Shown here piece by piece: positions 1 through 8,849 of a stretch of DNA of 15,723 bases; the stretch's first letter is position 1; each line of letters starts with the position of its first letter. The position numbers and the translations under genes were made by a program. The DNA lies in NCBI GenBank assembly GCA_965662175.1, contig CBFIGT010000053.1, positions 1 through 15,723 of the forward strand, written 5' to 3'. This stretch comes from Arcobacter sp. Its GTDB lineage: Bacteria; Campylobacterota; Campylobacteria; Campylobacterales; Arcobacteraceae. The notes under the pieces were generated by a model. That model saw only the letters and a program-made list of their open reading frames with translations, ran no database searches and was not told the DNA's origin.

Positions 1-833
1 AAGAAAAAATGGGTATCGCATTAGGTAAACTAGCTGAAGAAGATCCATCATTTAGAGTAAATACTGATGAAGAATCTGGACAAACTATTATTTCAGGAAT
101 GGGTGAATTACACCTTGAAATTCTTGTAGATAGAATGAAAAGAGAGTTCAAAGTTGAAGCTGAAGTTGGTGCTCCTCAAGTTGCTTATAGAGAAACTATT
201 AAAAATGAAATTAAACAAGAGTATAAATACGCTAAACAATCAGGTGGTAAAGGTCAATATGGTCATGTATATTTAACTATTACTCCATTACCTGCTGATA
301 GTGAAGATAACTATATCTTTACAAACTCTATTAAAGGTGGTACGGTTCCAAAAGAGTACGTTCCTGCTGTTGATAAAGGTTGTCAAGAAGCTATGGCTGG
401 TGGTATCTTAGCTGGTTATCCATTAGTTAATATCGGTGTTGATTTATATGATGGTTCTTACCATGATGTGGATTCATCTGAAATGGCGTTTAAATTAGCT
501 GCTTCAATGGGATTCAAACAAGGATGTAGATCAGCTGCTGCTGGTGCTTGTATTCTTGAGCCAATCATGAAAGTTGAAATTGAAACTCCTGAAGATTATA
601 TGGGAGATGTTATAGGTGACTGTAACAAAAGAAGAGGACAAGTTCAATCTATGGATGACAGAGCTGGTGTTAAACTAGTTGTTGCTATGATTCCATTATC
701 TGAAATGTTCGGTTACTCTACTGACTTAAGATCTATGTCTCAAGGTAGAGCTACTTATTCTATGATTTTTGATAACTATTCTGAAGTTCCTAAAAATGTT
801 TCTGAAGAAATTATGAAAAAGAGAAATGGTTAG
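1..833 (+). CDS. fusA: Elongation factor G, C-terminal part (domains III-V); 5' end lies upstream of the window
   Basis: Hallmark EF-G motifs [84 protein letters not shown]. The frame is open from the window edge (GAA AAA ATG at 3-11), so the ATG at 9 is an internal Met. Stop TAG at 831-833. Confidence 0.99.
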   Translation, partial: EKMGIALGKLAEEDPSFRVNTDEESGQTIISGMGELHLEILVDRMKREFKVEAEVGAPQVAYRETIKNEIKQEYKYAKQSGGKGQYGHVYLTITPLPADSEDNYIFTNSIKGGTVPKEYVPAVDKGCQEAMAGGILAGYPLVNIGVDLYDGSYHDVDSSEMAFKLAASMGFKQGCRSAAAGACILEPIMKVEIETPEDYMGDVIGDCNKRRGQVQSMDDRAGVKLVVAMIPLSEMFGYSTDLRSMSQGRATYSMIFDNYSEVPKNVSEEIMKKRNG

Positions 834-851
834 AAATAACTATTAATTATG

Positions 852-889
852 AAATGGGGAATATGAATTTCATATTCCCCATTTTTTTT
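852..889 (+). terminator. Intrinsic (Rho-independent) terminator after fusA
   Basis: Perfect 15-bp inverted repeat AAATGGGGAATATGA (852-866) / TCATATTCCCCATTT (870-884), 3-nt loop, running into a T8 tract (882-889), 18 nt after the fusA stop. Confidence 0.92.
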
Positions 890-927
890 GAAAAAACTAA
901 TAAAAATCAAAATAATTTTTATAAAGA

Positions 928-949
928 TTTAATTAAATTTGGTTATTAT
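928..949 (+). promoter_or_regulatory. Putative sigma70 promoter for the T1SS operon
   Basis: ggtTATTAT (-10-like TATTAT at 944-949) preceded by periodic T-tracts, downstream of the fusA terminator and 27 nt before the ATG at 977. The AT-rich context limits specificity. Confidence 0.4.
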
Positions 950-976
950 ATATGCAAATAAAAAATTAGAGAATAT

Positions 977-2908
977 ATGAAAACTGTACATACTTTATTA
1001 ATTCCAACACTCTTCTTTTCTTATTTGAATTCAGCTACATTAAAAGACATTGTACTGCATACAATAGAAAATAATCCTAAGATTAAAGCTATAGAAAATA
1101 ATACTAAAGCAAATAAGTATTATATTGATGAATCATTTGGAGATTATTTACCTACATTAAACTATGAAGCTTATATACAAGATAAAAAAATTATTCAAAA
1201 TGATAAGTTATCTGGGAGTACTGAAACAAAAGATGAAAATGGTTCTTATCAACAACTAAAATTAGAACAAAATTTATATAATGGTGGACTTACAAAAGCA
1301 AAAGTTGAAGAGGCTAAACATAATCATCAAGCCAATTTAATAGCAAATATCCATGATACTGAAAAGCTTATTTTAGATACAGTATTGGCATATTTAGATT
1401 TACTTAAATATGAAGAGCTAAAAAGATTAACAGAAAATGATTTAGAAATACACTCAATATATTTAGAAACAGCAGTTGAAACTGAGCAAGTTAGTGGTGA
1501 TATTGTTGATAGATTATTAGTTGAAAGTAAAATATTAACAGCAAAAGAGAAATTAATTCAAATTAGAGAAGATAGAAAAAAAGCAAAAACTCAATTAGAA
1601 AAAAATATAGTTAAAAATATAGATGATATAGTATGTCGACCTAAAATTGATTATAATCAAATTCCAAGTGAGTTAAATGAGTTATTAACATATGGAATAA
1701 AAAACAACTATAATGTTTTAGAAGAGATAGAGAGAATTAAATCTCAAAAATCAGTAGTATCTCAAGAGTTAGCAAGATTTTTACCAAGTATTGATTTCCA
1801 ACTTACAAAAGAGATTGATGATGGAATTGATAATGAAAATTTAAAGCAAAATAACCAAAGTGCAAGAATTTCATTAAATTATAATTTTTTTAATGGTTTT
1901 AAAGATGAAGCTGTTTATTTAAGAGAAAAAAAGTTTTTAGAAGAGGCTCAAAAGAATTTAGATAATGTAACAAATAGTTCAAAACAAAAAATTGAAGAGA
2001 ACTTTTATTCATTTAATTTATCAAAAGAGAAACTAGAAGTTTTAAGAGCTCATGTTTTAAATAACAAAGAGATATTAAAAGTTTTTGGTGAGCAGTTTGA
2101 TGGTGGTACTAGAAGTTTTATTGATGTATTAAATCAAGAAGAAGAGTTATATAGAAAGAAAAGTGATTTAATAGAAGAAGAGTATAAAAATTTTGTAAGT
2201 TATTTTTCTTTACTTTTTGAAGTTTCAAATTTAAGTGACACTATACTAAATAACAAAGAGAATATTTGTCAAGAGATTGATGTTGATTATAGAGTTATTG
2301 AGAAAAAACCTGAAGTTATTTCTCAAGAATTAGAAAATCTACTCTCTGAGGATAATCTATTAGAAGATACAAATAGCAATATTATTAATGAAGAAGAGAA
2401 TAAAGATAAAATAAAAGAAAAAGTTAATAGAGTTTTTAACTCATTATTAAAAGATATATATGAAACAGAAGATATACAAAATATAAGAATTAATGATATA
2501 AAAGAGAAAAAATTAGAAGAGAAAAAAGAAGAAAAAGTTTTAGAAGAGCTTGAAAATAGTATTCCTATTGAGAATAGTGATGAGTTATTGATTGAAAAAG
2601 AGAGTAAAACTAAAGATGTTAAAAACTTTACTATAGTTTTAGGAACTGTTTTAAATCAAACAAAATCATTAGATGAAATTTTAAAAAGATATAAAAAAAT
2701 AGATGATGTTTTTGCTTATGAATATAAAGCAAATGGAAAATCATATGCAACTATTTTATGTGGTTCTTTTGAGACATTACAAGAGGCTAGAAATAGATTA
2801 GCGACACTTGATTCTAAAATATTAAAAAATAAACCATTTATTTCAAATGCAAAAAAACATCAAAGATTATATGATGAATATAACTCTCTATTAGGAGAAA
2901 AAAATTGA
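977..2908 (+). CDS. TolC-family (LapE/AggA-like) type I secretion outer membrane protein with charged linker and C-terminal SPOR-like domain
   Basis: Signal-peptide-like N-terminus (MKTVHTLLIPTLFFSYLNSA) then TLKDIVLHTIENNPKI. Two OEP repeats (YLPTLNY...LEQNLYNGG; FLPSIDF...LNYNFFNGFKD) and QFDGGTRSFIDVLN. E/K/N-rich linker at about aa 420-548. C-terminal FTIVLGT...YATILCGSFETLQEARNRLATL...KPFIS resembles the DamX SPOR domain. Directly upstream of ABC and MFP genes. Confidence 0.9.
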   Translation: MKTVHTLLIPTLFFSYLNSATLKDIVLHTIENNPKIKAIENNTKANKYYIDESFGDYLPTLNYEAYIQDKKIIQNDKLSGSTETKDENGSYQQLKLEQNLYNGGLTKAKVEEAKHNHQANLIANIHDTEKLILDTVLAYLDLLKYEELKRLTENDLEIHSIYLETAVETEQVSGDIVDRLLVESKILTAKEKLIQIREDRKKAKTQLEKNIVKNIDDIVCRPKIDYNQIPSELNELLTYGIKNNYNVLEEIERIKSQKSVVSQELARFLPSIDFQLTKEIDDGIDNENLKQNNQSARISLNYNFFNGFKDEAVYLREKKFLEEAQKNLDNVTNSSKQKIEENFYSFNLSKEKLEVLRAHVLNNKEILKVFGEQFDGGTRSFIDVLNQEEELYRKKSDLIEEEYKNFVSYFSLLFEVSNLSDTILNNKENICQEIDVDYRVIEKKPEVISQELENLLSEDNLLEDTNSNIINEEENKDKIKEKVNRVFNSLLKDIYETEDIQNIRINDIKEKKLEEKKEEKVLEELENSIPIENSDELLIEKESKTKDVKNFTIVLGTVLNQTKSLDEILKRYKKIDDVFAYEYKANGKSYATILCGSFETLQEARNRLATLDSKILKNKPFISNAKKHQRLYDEYNSLLGEKN

Positions 2909-5061
2909 ATAATAATGAAACAATAAATGAACTTAAATCAATGGCTGATAATAGAAAAGTTGACACACTTTTAGAGTGTTTACTTTTTTTATCAAAATAT
3001 TATGAAAGAGAAGCAAGTGCGGATTCATTAACATCAGGTTTAGCTATATATGACTCACTGATGTCTCCTAAAATGTTTGTAGAGTCAGCAAAAAGAGTTG
3101 GATTAGAGATTAAAACAGTCCAAAGAGAGTTAAAAGATATTTCAAAAGTAGCTCTTCCCTCTGTTTTAACACTAAATAACAATACAGCTTGTGTATTAGT
3201 TGATATTGATTTTACAAAAAATCAAGCAAAAGTTATTATGCCAAGTGTTAATGATGGAGAAACAACACTATCATTAGCTGAGTTAGAGAAGCTTTATAAT
3301 GGTTTTACAATGCTTATAAAACCTAAATATAATTTCAATAACAAAATTAAAAGAGATGTAGTAATTGAAAAACCAAAAGAGTGGTTTTGGGGTGTTATGA
3401 AACTTAATAATCCTATTTACAAAAGAGTTGTAATAGCAGCACTTCTAATAAATATGTTTATTATGGCAACACCTCTATTTACAATGAATGTTTATGATAG
3501 GGTTTTACCAAATAATGCAATGGCGACACTATGGGTTTTAGCAATTGGTATTTTAGTTGTAATGCTATTTGATTTTGCTTTAAAACTTATGCGGGCACAT
3601 TTTTTAGAAGTTGCTGGAAAGCGTGCTGATGTTGCTATGTCAAGTAGAATCTTTGACCAGCTTTTAAACATAAGACTTGACTCAAAACCAGCATCAACAG
3701 GTCAGTTTGTAAATAGATTACAATCTTTTGAAAGTGTTAGAGAGTTTTTTGCAAGTGCTACTATTGCTAGTATTGTTGATTTACCATTTATTATTTTATT
3801 TATAATTATAATTTTTTATATAGGTGGTCCTGTAGGATATATCTCAATTGTAACAGTTCTATTAGCCTTTGGTTTTTCATATTATATGCAAAAACCAATT
3901 AAAAAAACTGTAATGGAGAGTTCAAAAGAGGACCAAATAAAACAAACAGCACTAACTGAAACAGTTGCTGGCTTAGAGATAATAAAATCAGTACGTGCTC
4001 AAAATAGAATGAAAACTTATTGGGAAAACTCAATTGAGAAAAGTTCCCATTATGGTAAAAAAGCTCATTTTTTATCTCAAATAGTTACCTTTTTTACTGC
4101 TTTTATTTCACAATTATCAAATATAGCAATTGTTGTTGTTGGGGTTTATTTAGCAAGTGAGGGTGAAATGACTATGGGAGCAATTATAGCAACTATGATG
4201 TTAAATAGTAGAGTAATAGCACCTGTTTCACAATTTGTTGGAATGATTATAAGACTTGATAGAACAATGTTATCTTTAGAAAATATTGATGAAATAATGA
4301 AAATGCCTGTTGAGAGAGTTGAAGATAAGAACTATTTAACAAGAAATAATCTTGATGGAGATATTGAGTTTAAGGATGTTGTTTTTTCATATAAAGGTCA
4401 GCAATTTGATGTTTTAAAAAATATAAATTTAACTATTAAAAAGGGTGAAAAGATTGGTATTATTGGAAAAATAGGTTCTGGTAAATCAACTTTATGGAAA
4501 CTTATTATGAACTTATATGAGCCAACAAAGGGTTCTATTTTAATAGATAAGTCAGATATTAGACAAATTGACCCTGTTGATTTAAGACGCTCAATAGGAT
4601 GTGTTCCTCAAGAGCCATTTTTATTTATGGGAACAATTAAAGATAATATTACAATAGGTGAACAAAATGCAAGTGATGAAGATATACTAAATGCTTCAAA
4701 GGTTGCAGGTGTACATGATTTCTTGGGAAAACATGATAGTGGATATGATTTAATTGTTGGTGAAAGAGGAGAGGGCTTAAGTGGAGGTGAACGACAAAGT
4801 GTTACTTTAGCAAGAGCCATATTAACAAATCCAAATATTATGATTTTGGATGAGCCAACAAACTCTATGGATGGACAAACTGAAGAGGTATTTAAAAGAA
4901 GAATAAAAGATATCGTAAAAGATAAAACACTTATTTTAGTAACCCATAGACCATCTGTTTTATCACTTGTTGATAGATTAATTGTTATGGATGATGGTAA
5001 AATAATTGCTGATGGTCCAAAAGAAGAAGTGTTAAAAGCACTTTCAAATAAAGCAAAGTAA
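2905..5061 (+). CDS. Type I secretion system permease/ATPase (LapB/LssB/HlyB family) with N-terminal C39-like domain
   Basis: TTG start overlapping the tolC stop (TTGA, 2905-2908) with AGGAG RBS at 2893-2897. C39-like N-terminus; TM domain with PLFTMNVYDRVLP; Walker A GKIGSGKST, Q-loop VPQE, signature LSGGERQ, Walker B ILDEPT, H-loop VTHR. Confidence 0.96.
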   Translation: MNNNETINELKSMADNRKVDTLLECLLFLSKYYEREASADSLTSGLAIYDSLMSPKMFVESAKRVGLEIKTVQRELKDISKVALPSVLTLNNNTACVLVDIDFTKNQAKVIMPSVNDGETTLSLAELEKLYNGFTMLIKPKYNFNNKIKRDVVIEKPKEWFWGVMKLNNPIYKRVVIAALLINMFIMATPLFTMNVYDRVLPNNAMATLWVLAIGILVVMLFDFALKLMRAHFLEVAGKRADVAMSSRIFDQLLNIRLDSKPASTGQFVNRLQSFESVREFFASATIASIVDLPFIILFIIIIFYIGGPVGYISIVTVLLAFGFSYYMQKPIKKTVMESSKEDQIKQTALTETVAGLEIIKSVRAQNRMKTYWENSIEKSSHYGKKAHFLSQIVTFFTAFISQLSNIAIVVVGVYLASEGEMTMGAIIATMMLNSRVIAPVSQFVGMIIRLDRTMLSLENIDEIMKMPVERVEDKNYLTRNNLDGDIEFKDVVFSYKGQQFDVLKNINLTIKKGEKIGIIGKIGSGKSTLWKLIMNLYEPTKGSILIDKSDIRQIDPVDLRRSIGCVPQEPFLFMGTIKDNITIGEQNASDEDILNASKVAGVHDFLGKHDSGYDLIVGERGEGLSGGERQSVTLARAILTNPNIMILDEPTNSMDGQTEEVFKRRIKDIVKDKTLILVTHRPSVLSLVDRLIVMDDGKIIADGPKEEVLKALSNKAK

Positions 5062-5071
5062 AGGTTAGAAA

Positions 5072-6412
5072 ATGGCTAAAGAAGATGTAGATTTTGTTTA
5101 TTCGTTACATGCACAAGCTAACTTAAAAACAAACAAAAAAGTAGATTATTTGTTTGTGCTAATTATTGCTTTTTTTGCAGGAGCTTTAATATGGGCAGCT
5201 TTTTCAGAAGTTGATGAATTAGCTCGAGGTGAGGGGAAAGTTATTCCCTCTGAAAAAATTCAAAAGATTCAAAGTTTGGATGGGGGAATTGTTTCAGAGA
5301 TTTTAGTAAAAGAGGGTAGTTTTGTAAGAAAAGAGCAAGCTCTAATGAAGATTGATACAACAAGATTTCAAGCATCATTGGATGAAAATGAACAAGCTTT
5401 TTACAGTCTTCAAACCACAAAAGTTAGATTAGAAGCTGAGTATAATTTAAAAGTAAAAAATCAAAATAGAGAGTTAGAGTTTCCTGATGATTTACAAGCA
5501 AAAGCTCCAAAATATGTAAGACATCAAAAAATACTATTTAATACAAGAGTTGATGAATTTAAAAGTACTTTAAATATTTTAGAGACACAATTAGGGCAAA
5601 AAGTTCAAGAACTAATTGAATTAGAATCAAAAAAAGAGAGATTAAAAGAGAGTCTAAACTTAGTTGATGAACAGTATAAAACAATACAAAAATTTGTAAA
5701 AGCTGGTTCAAAATCTACTATTGATTTAATTACTGTAAAAAAAGAGTTAAATACTATAAAAGGTGAATTACAAAGCACTGAAATTTCAATACCAAAAGCA
5801 AAATATGCAATAAGTGAGGCTGAAAATAGAATATTAGAAAAACTTAGAAACTTTAAAAGTGAAGCTTTACAAGAGTTAGAAAAAATAAATAGCGAATTAA
5901 AAGTTTATGAGTCAAAAATAGTATCAGAACAAGATAAACTAGATAAAACAGTTGTAAAATCTCCTGTAAATGGGTTTATTAAACAAATAAATATAAATAC
6001 TATAGGTGGAGTTGTAAAATCAGGAATTGATTTAATTGAAATAGTTCCTCAAAGTGATATTTTATTAGTTGAAGCAAAAATAGACCCAAAAGATATAGCT
6101 TTTATTAATCCTAGTCAAAAAGCTATTGTTAAAATTACAGCTTATGATTTTTCAATATATGGTGGACTTGATGGAAAAATTGTTGAAATATCAGCAGATA
6201 GTATTTTAGATAAAGATAGTAAAACACCAACAAGTTATTATAAAGTTGTTATAAAAACTGATAAAAACTATTTGGAAAAAGATGGTAAAAAACTTCCAAT
6301 TATTCCTGGAATGGTTGCAAGTGTGGATATTATTACAGGTCAAAAAACAATTTTAGACTTTTTAATGAAGCCTATTTTAAAAACAAAAGATGATGCTTTA
6401 CATGAAAGATAA
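5072..6412 (+). CDS. HlyD-family type I secretion membrane fusion protein (LapC-like)
   Basis: N-terminal TM (LFVLIIAFFAGALIWAAF), DELARGEGKVIPS, IQSLDGGIVSEILVKEG, long coiled coil, KSPVNGFIK, TIGGVVKSG, KITAYDFSIYGGLDG, IIPGMVASVDIITG, LDFLMKPI. AAGG RBS at about 5061-5064. Confidence 0.96.
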   Translation: MAKEDVDFVYSLHAQANLKTNKKVDYLFVLIIAFFAGALIWAAFSEVDELARGEGKVIPSEKIQKIQSLDGGIVSEILVKEGSFVRKEQALMKIDTTRFQASLDENEQAFYSLQTTKVRLEAEYNLKVKNQNRELEFPDDLQAKAPKYVRHQKILFNTRVDEFKSTLNILETQLGQKVQELIELESKKERLKESLNLVDEQYKTIQKFVKAGSKSTIDLITVKKELNTIKGELQSTEISIPKAKYAISEAENRILEKLRNFKSEALQELEKINSELKVYESKIVSEQDKLDKTVVKSPVNGFIKQININTIGGVVKSGIDLIEIVPQSDILLVEAKIDPKDIAFINPSQKAIVKITAYDFSIYGGLDGKIVEISADSILDKDSKTPTSYYKVVIKTDKNYLEKDGKKLPIIPGMVASVDIITGQKTILDFLMKPILKTKDDALHER

Positions 6413-6415
6413 TTT

Positions 6416-6424
6416 TGATATAAT
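6416..6424 (+). promoter_or_regulatory. Extended -10 promoter (TGaTATAAT) immediately upstream of nadK
   Basis: TG-A-TATAAT at 6416-6424, followed by only CCACCC before the ATG at 6431. No Shine-Dalgarno in between. Confidence 0.7.
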
Positions 6425-6430
6425 CCACCC

Positions 6431-7300
6431 ATGAAATTATTAACATCTACAAATGAAAAATTAAAACAATTAAAAACAGCAGGTTTTATTTTAAAACCTG
6501 CATCTCCTGAAATCAAAAGTGAGTATATACTTTTAAAAGGCTATTTTGAAAAAGCAGGTATTGAAGTTTTACTTGAAGAGAATAGCGCTCTTATGATAAA
6601 AGAAGAGGGAATAAGCTTAGATGAGTTATGTGAAAAAAGTGATTTTTTAGTCTCAGTAGGTGGAGATGGAACACTAATTTCTGTAGTTAGAAGAAGTTTT
6701 AAATATAATCTTCCAGTACTTGGGATTCATCAAGGAACATTAGGTTTTTTAACAGATATTAGAATTAATGAAGTTGAAAATTTTTTGAAAAAGATGTTTG
6801 AGCATGAGTATAGGATAGATCAAAGAATGATGATAAAAGTTAGTCTTGGTGAAAAAAACTTTGTAGCTTTTAATGATATTGTAATTTCAAGAAAATCTAT
6901 CTCTTCTATGATTAGTATAGATGCAAAAATTGATGGGAAACCATTTAATTCATATTATGGAGATGGAGTTATAATTTCAACTCCAACAGGCTCAACTGCA
7001 TATAATCTTTCTGTTGGTGGTCCAGTTGTTTTTCCTTTAACAGAAGCTTTTATTGTAACTCCAGTAGCTCCACATAGCCTTACTCAAAGACCTTTAGTAC
7101 TCCCAGCTGATTTTGAAATAGAGTTTACTATTTCAGATGTACAAGGTGCGGTTGTAATTGTTGATGGACAAGATATTTATGAAATTGAAAAAAAAGAGAC
7201 TATAAAAATTGAAATCTCATCAAATAAAGCAAAACTAATACATAGATGTGAAAGAAACTATTTTGAAGTTCTTAATGAAAAACTAAGATGGGGAAATTAA
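6431..7300 (+). CDS. nadK: NAD(+)/NADH kinase
   Basis: GGDGT motif (VSVGGDGTLI), GIHQGTLGFLT, AFND motif, GDGVIISTPTGSTAYNLSVGGP, PVAPHSLTQRPLV, VDGQ, C-terminal LNEKLRWG. Classic nadK-recN synteny. Confidence 0.97.
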   Translation: MKLLTSTNEKLKQLKTAGFILKPASPEIKSEYILLKGYFEKAGIEVLLEENSALMIKEEGISLDELCEKSDFLVSVGGDGTLISVVRRSFKYNLPVLGIHQGTLGFLTDIRINEVENFLKKMFEHEYRIDQRMMIKVSLGEKNFVAFNDIVISRKSISSMISIDAKIDGKPFNSYYGDGVIISTPTGSTAYNLSVGGPVVFPLTEAFIVTPVAPHSLTQRPLVLPADFEIEFTISDVQGAVVIVDGQDIYEIEKKETIKIEISSNKAKLIHRCERNYFEVLNEKLRWGN

Positions 7301-7306
7301 AACAAA

Positions 7307-8842
7307 ATGATTACTAGATTTTATTTAGAGGATTACTTATCATTTAAAAAAGTTGATATAGAGTTTGACAAAGGTTTGATTGTTTTTACAGGTCCATCAG
7401 GAGCTGGTAAATCTATTTTGATGGATGCATTTTTGGCTTTATTTGGTATAAAAGAGGCAAAAGCAGCTGTTAGTGAAACTACAATTGAGAATTTGGATAT
7501 AGAAAATGAGGCTTTTGGAATAGATAAAGGTGATGAAATAGTAATAAAAGAGTTAAAAAAAGATAAAGTTAGATATTTTTTAAACTCTCAAACTATCTCT
7601 AAAAAAGCTTTAATCTCTTTCTCTTCATCATTGGTTAAACATCTTCACTTAAAAGATAATAGTGATTTTGAGAGTGCTAGATTAGTTAGATTTTTGGATT
7701 TATTATCAATTAATAAAAATAAAACACATAAAAATATATTAGATGAGTATCAAGATACATTTACAAAATTAACAAGTTTTAAAAATGAACTTAAAAAGCT
7801 TAATGATGATGAAGCAAAACTTGAAGAGTTAAAAGAGTTTGCAAAGTATGAAATAGAGAAAATTGTTTCAATTGATCCAAAAATTGATGAATATGATGAA
7901 TTAAATGAAATCAAAAAAACTTTAGCAAAAAAAGATAAAATTGAAGAAGCAATGGCTGAGGCTAAAGCTATTTTTTCATACAGAACAAGTGTTTCAAAAG
8001 TTTTAGATATTATGGATAAAGATAGCTCTTTTTTTGATGAGAGTTTAAATGAATTAGAAAATATCTTTGAAAGTTTTAATGACTCTTTATTTGAATTAGA
8101 AGAGTTAAATATAGAAGATGTTTTAGATAGAATTGAAAAACTATCATCTTTACAAAAAAGATTTGGCTCAATTAAAGAGGCTTTAGAGTATAAAGTGCAA
8201 AAAGAAAAAGAGCTAGAGTCTTATGAAAATATCTCTTTTGAAAAAGCACAAATTGAGAAAAAAGTTCTTGAATTTGATCTAAAAGTTAAAAGCTTAGCTC
8301 AAAAATTATCAGAAAATAGAAAAAAAGCAATCAAAACCTTGGAAGAGGATATAAACTATTATTTGAAGTTTCTTTATTTATCAAATGCTAAAGTATATAT
8401 CAATAGTAAAGAGTTTGATATTACAGGATGTGATGAAGTTTGCTTAGAGCTAAACAAAGTTAGCTTAGATACTATTAGTTCAGGTGAGTTCAACAGATTA
8501 AGACTTGCTTTATTAACCTCAATTAGTAAATATGAAATATCAAATACAGGAATACTATTTTTAGATGAAATTGATGCAAATTTAAGTGGAAAAGAGAGTG
8601 ATGCTATTGCAACAGTTTTAAAAGAGCTTTCAAAATATTATCAGATATTTGCTATTTCTCATCAGCCACAATTAACAGCTGCTGCAAATTTACACTTTTT
8701 TGTTGATAAGCAAAATGGAGAGTCAACAGTATCTTTACTTGATGAAAGTGGAAAGGTAAATGAAATCTCTAGAATGATAAGTGGAGAGAGCGTAAGTAAA
8801 GAGGCTTATGAGTTTGCAAAGAATTTAATAGGTACTAAATAG
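7307..8842 (+). CDS. recN: DNA repair protein RecN (SMC-like ATPase), compact form
   Basis: Walker A FTGPSGAGKS near the N-terminus, long central coiled coil, signature SSGEFNRLRLA, Walker B LFLDEIDANLSG, ISHQPQL, EISRMISG. Follows nadK by 6 nt. Confidence 0.95.
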   Translation: MITRFYLEDYLSFKKVDIEFDKGLIVFTGPSGAGKSILMDAFLALFGIKEAKAAVSETTIENLDIENEAFGIDKGDEIVIKELKKDKVRYFLNSQTISKKALISFSSSLVKHLHLKDNSDFESARLVRFLDLLSINKNKTHKNILDEYQDTFTKLTSFKNELKKLNDDEAKLEELKEFAKYEIEKIVSIDPKIDEYDELNEIKKTLAKKDKIEEAMAEAKAIFSYRTSVSKVLDIMDKDSSFFDESLNELENIFESFNDSLFELEELNIEDVLDRIEKLSSLQKRFGSIKEALEYKVQKEKELESYENISFEKAQIEKKVLEFDLKVKSLAQKLSENRKKAIKTLEEDINYYLKFLYLSNAKVYINSKEFDITGCDEVCLELNKVSLDTISSGEFNRLRLALLTSISKYEISNTGILFLDEIDANLSGKESDAIATVLKELSKYYQIFAISHQPQLTAAANLHFFVDKQNGESTVSLLDESGKVNEISRMISGESVSKEAYEFAKNLIGTK

Positions 8843-8849
8843 TACCTAT
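8828..8849. terminator. Palindrome spanning the convergent recN/ankyrin stop codons; possible bidirectional terminator or pause hairpin
   Basis: Perfect inverted repeat ATAGGTACTA (8828-8837) AA TAGTACCTAT (8840-8849), extendable with a bulge to 8824-8855. No clear adjacent U-tract, so terminator function is uncertain. Confidence 0.45.

Noticed and set aside
834..976. Absence of tuf after fusA as a novel rearrangement
   Set aside because: In Campylobacterota tuf is normally located away from rpsL-rpsG-fusA, so this is expected.
2490..2560. Purine-rich quasi-repeats (gaaaaa/gaagag) as a tandem repeat or slippage locus
   Set aside because: Explained by low-complexity Lys/Glu codons in the TolC linker; no exact repeat unit.
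3000..3182. 60-aa minus-strand ORF
   Set aside because: Antisense shadow inside the well-supported T1SS ABC gene; no recognisable motif.
4608..4820. 70-aa minus-strand ORF
   Set aside because: Antisense to the conserved ABC signature region; typical shadow ORF.
977..6412. T1SS operon as a mobile or recently acquired island
   Set aside because: No integrase, transposase, tRNA target or flanking direct repeats seen, and composition looks similar to neighbouring genes by eye.
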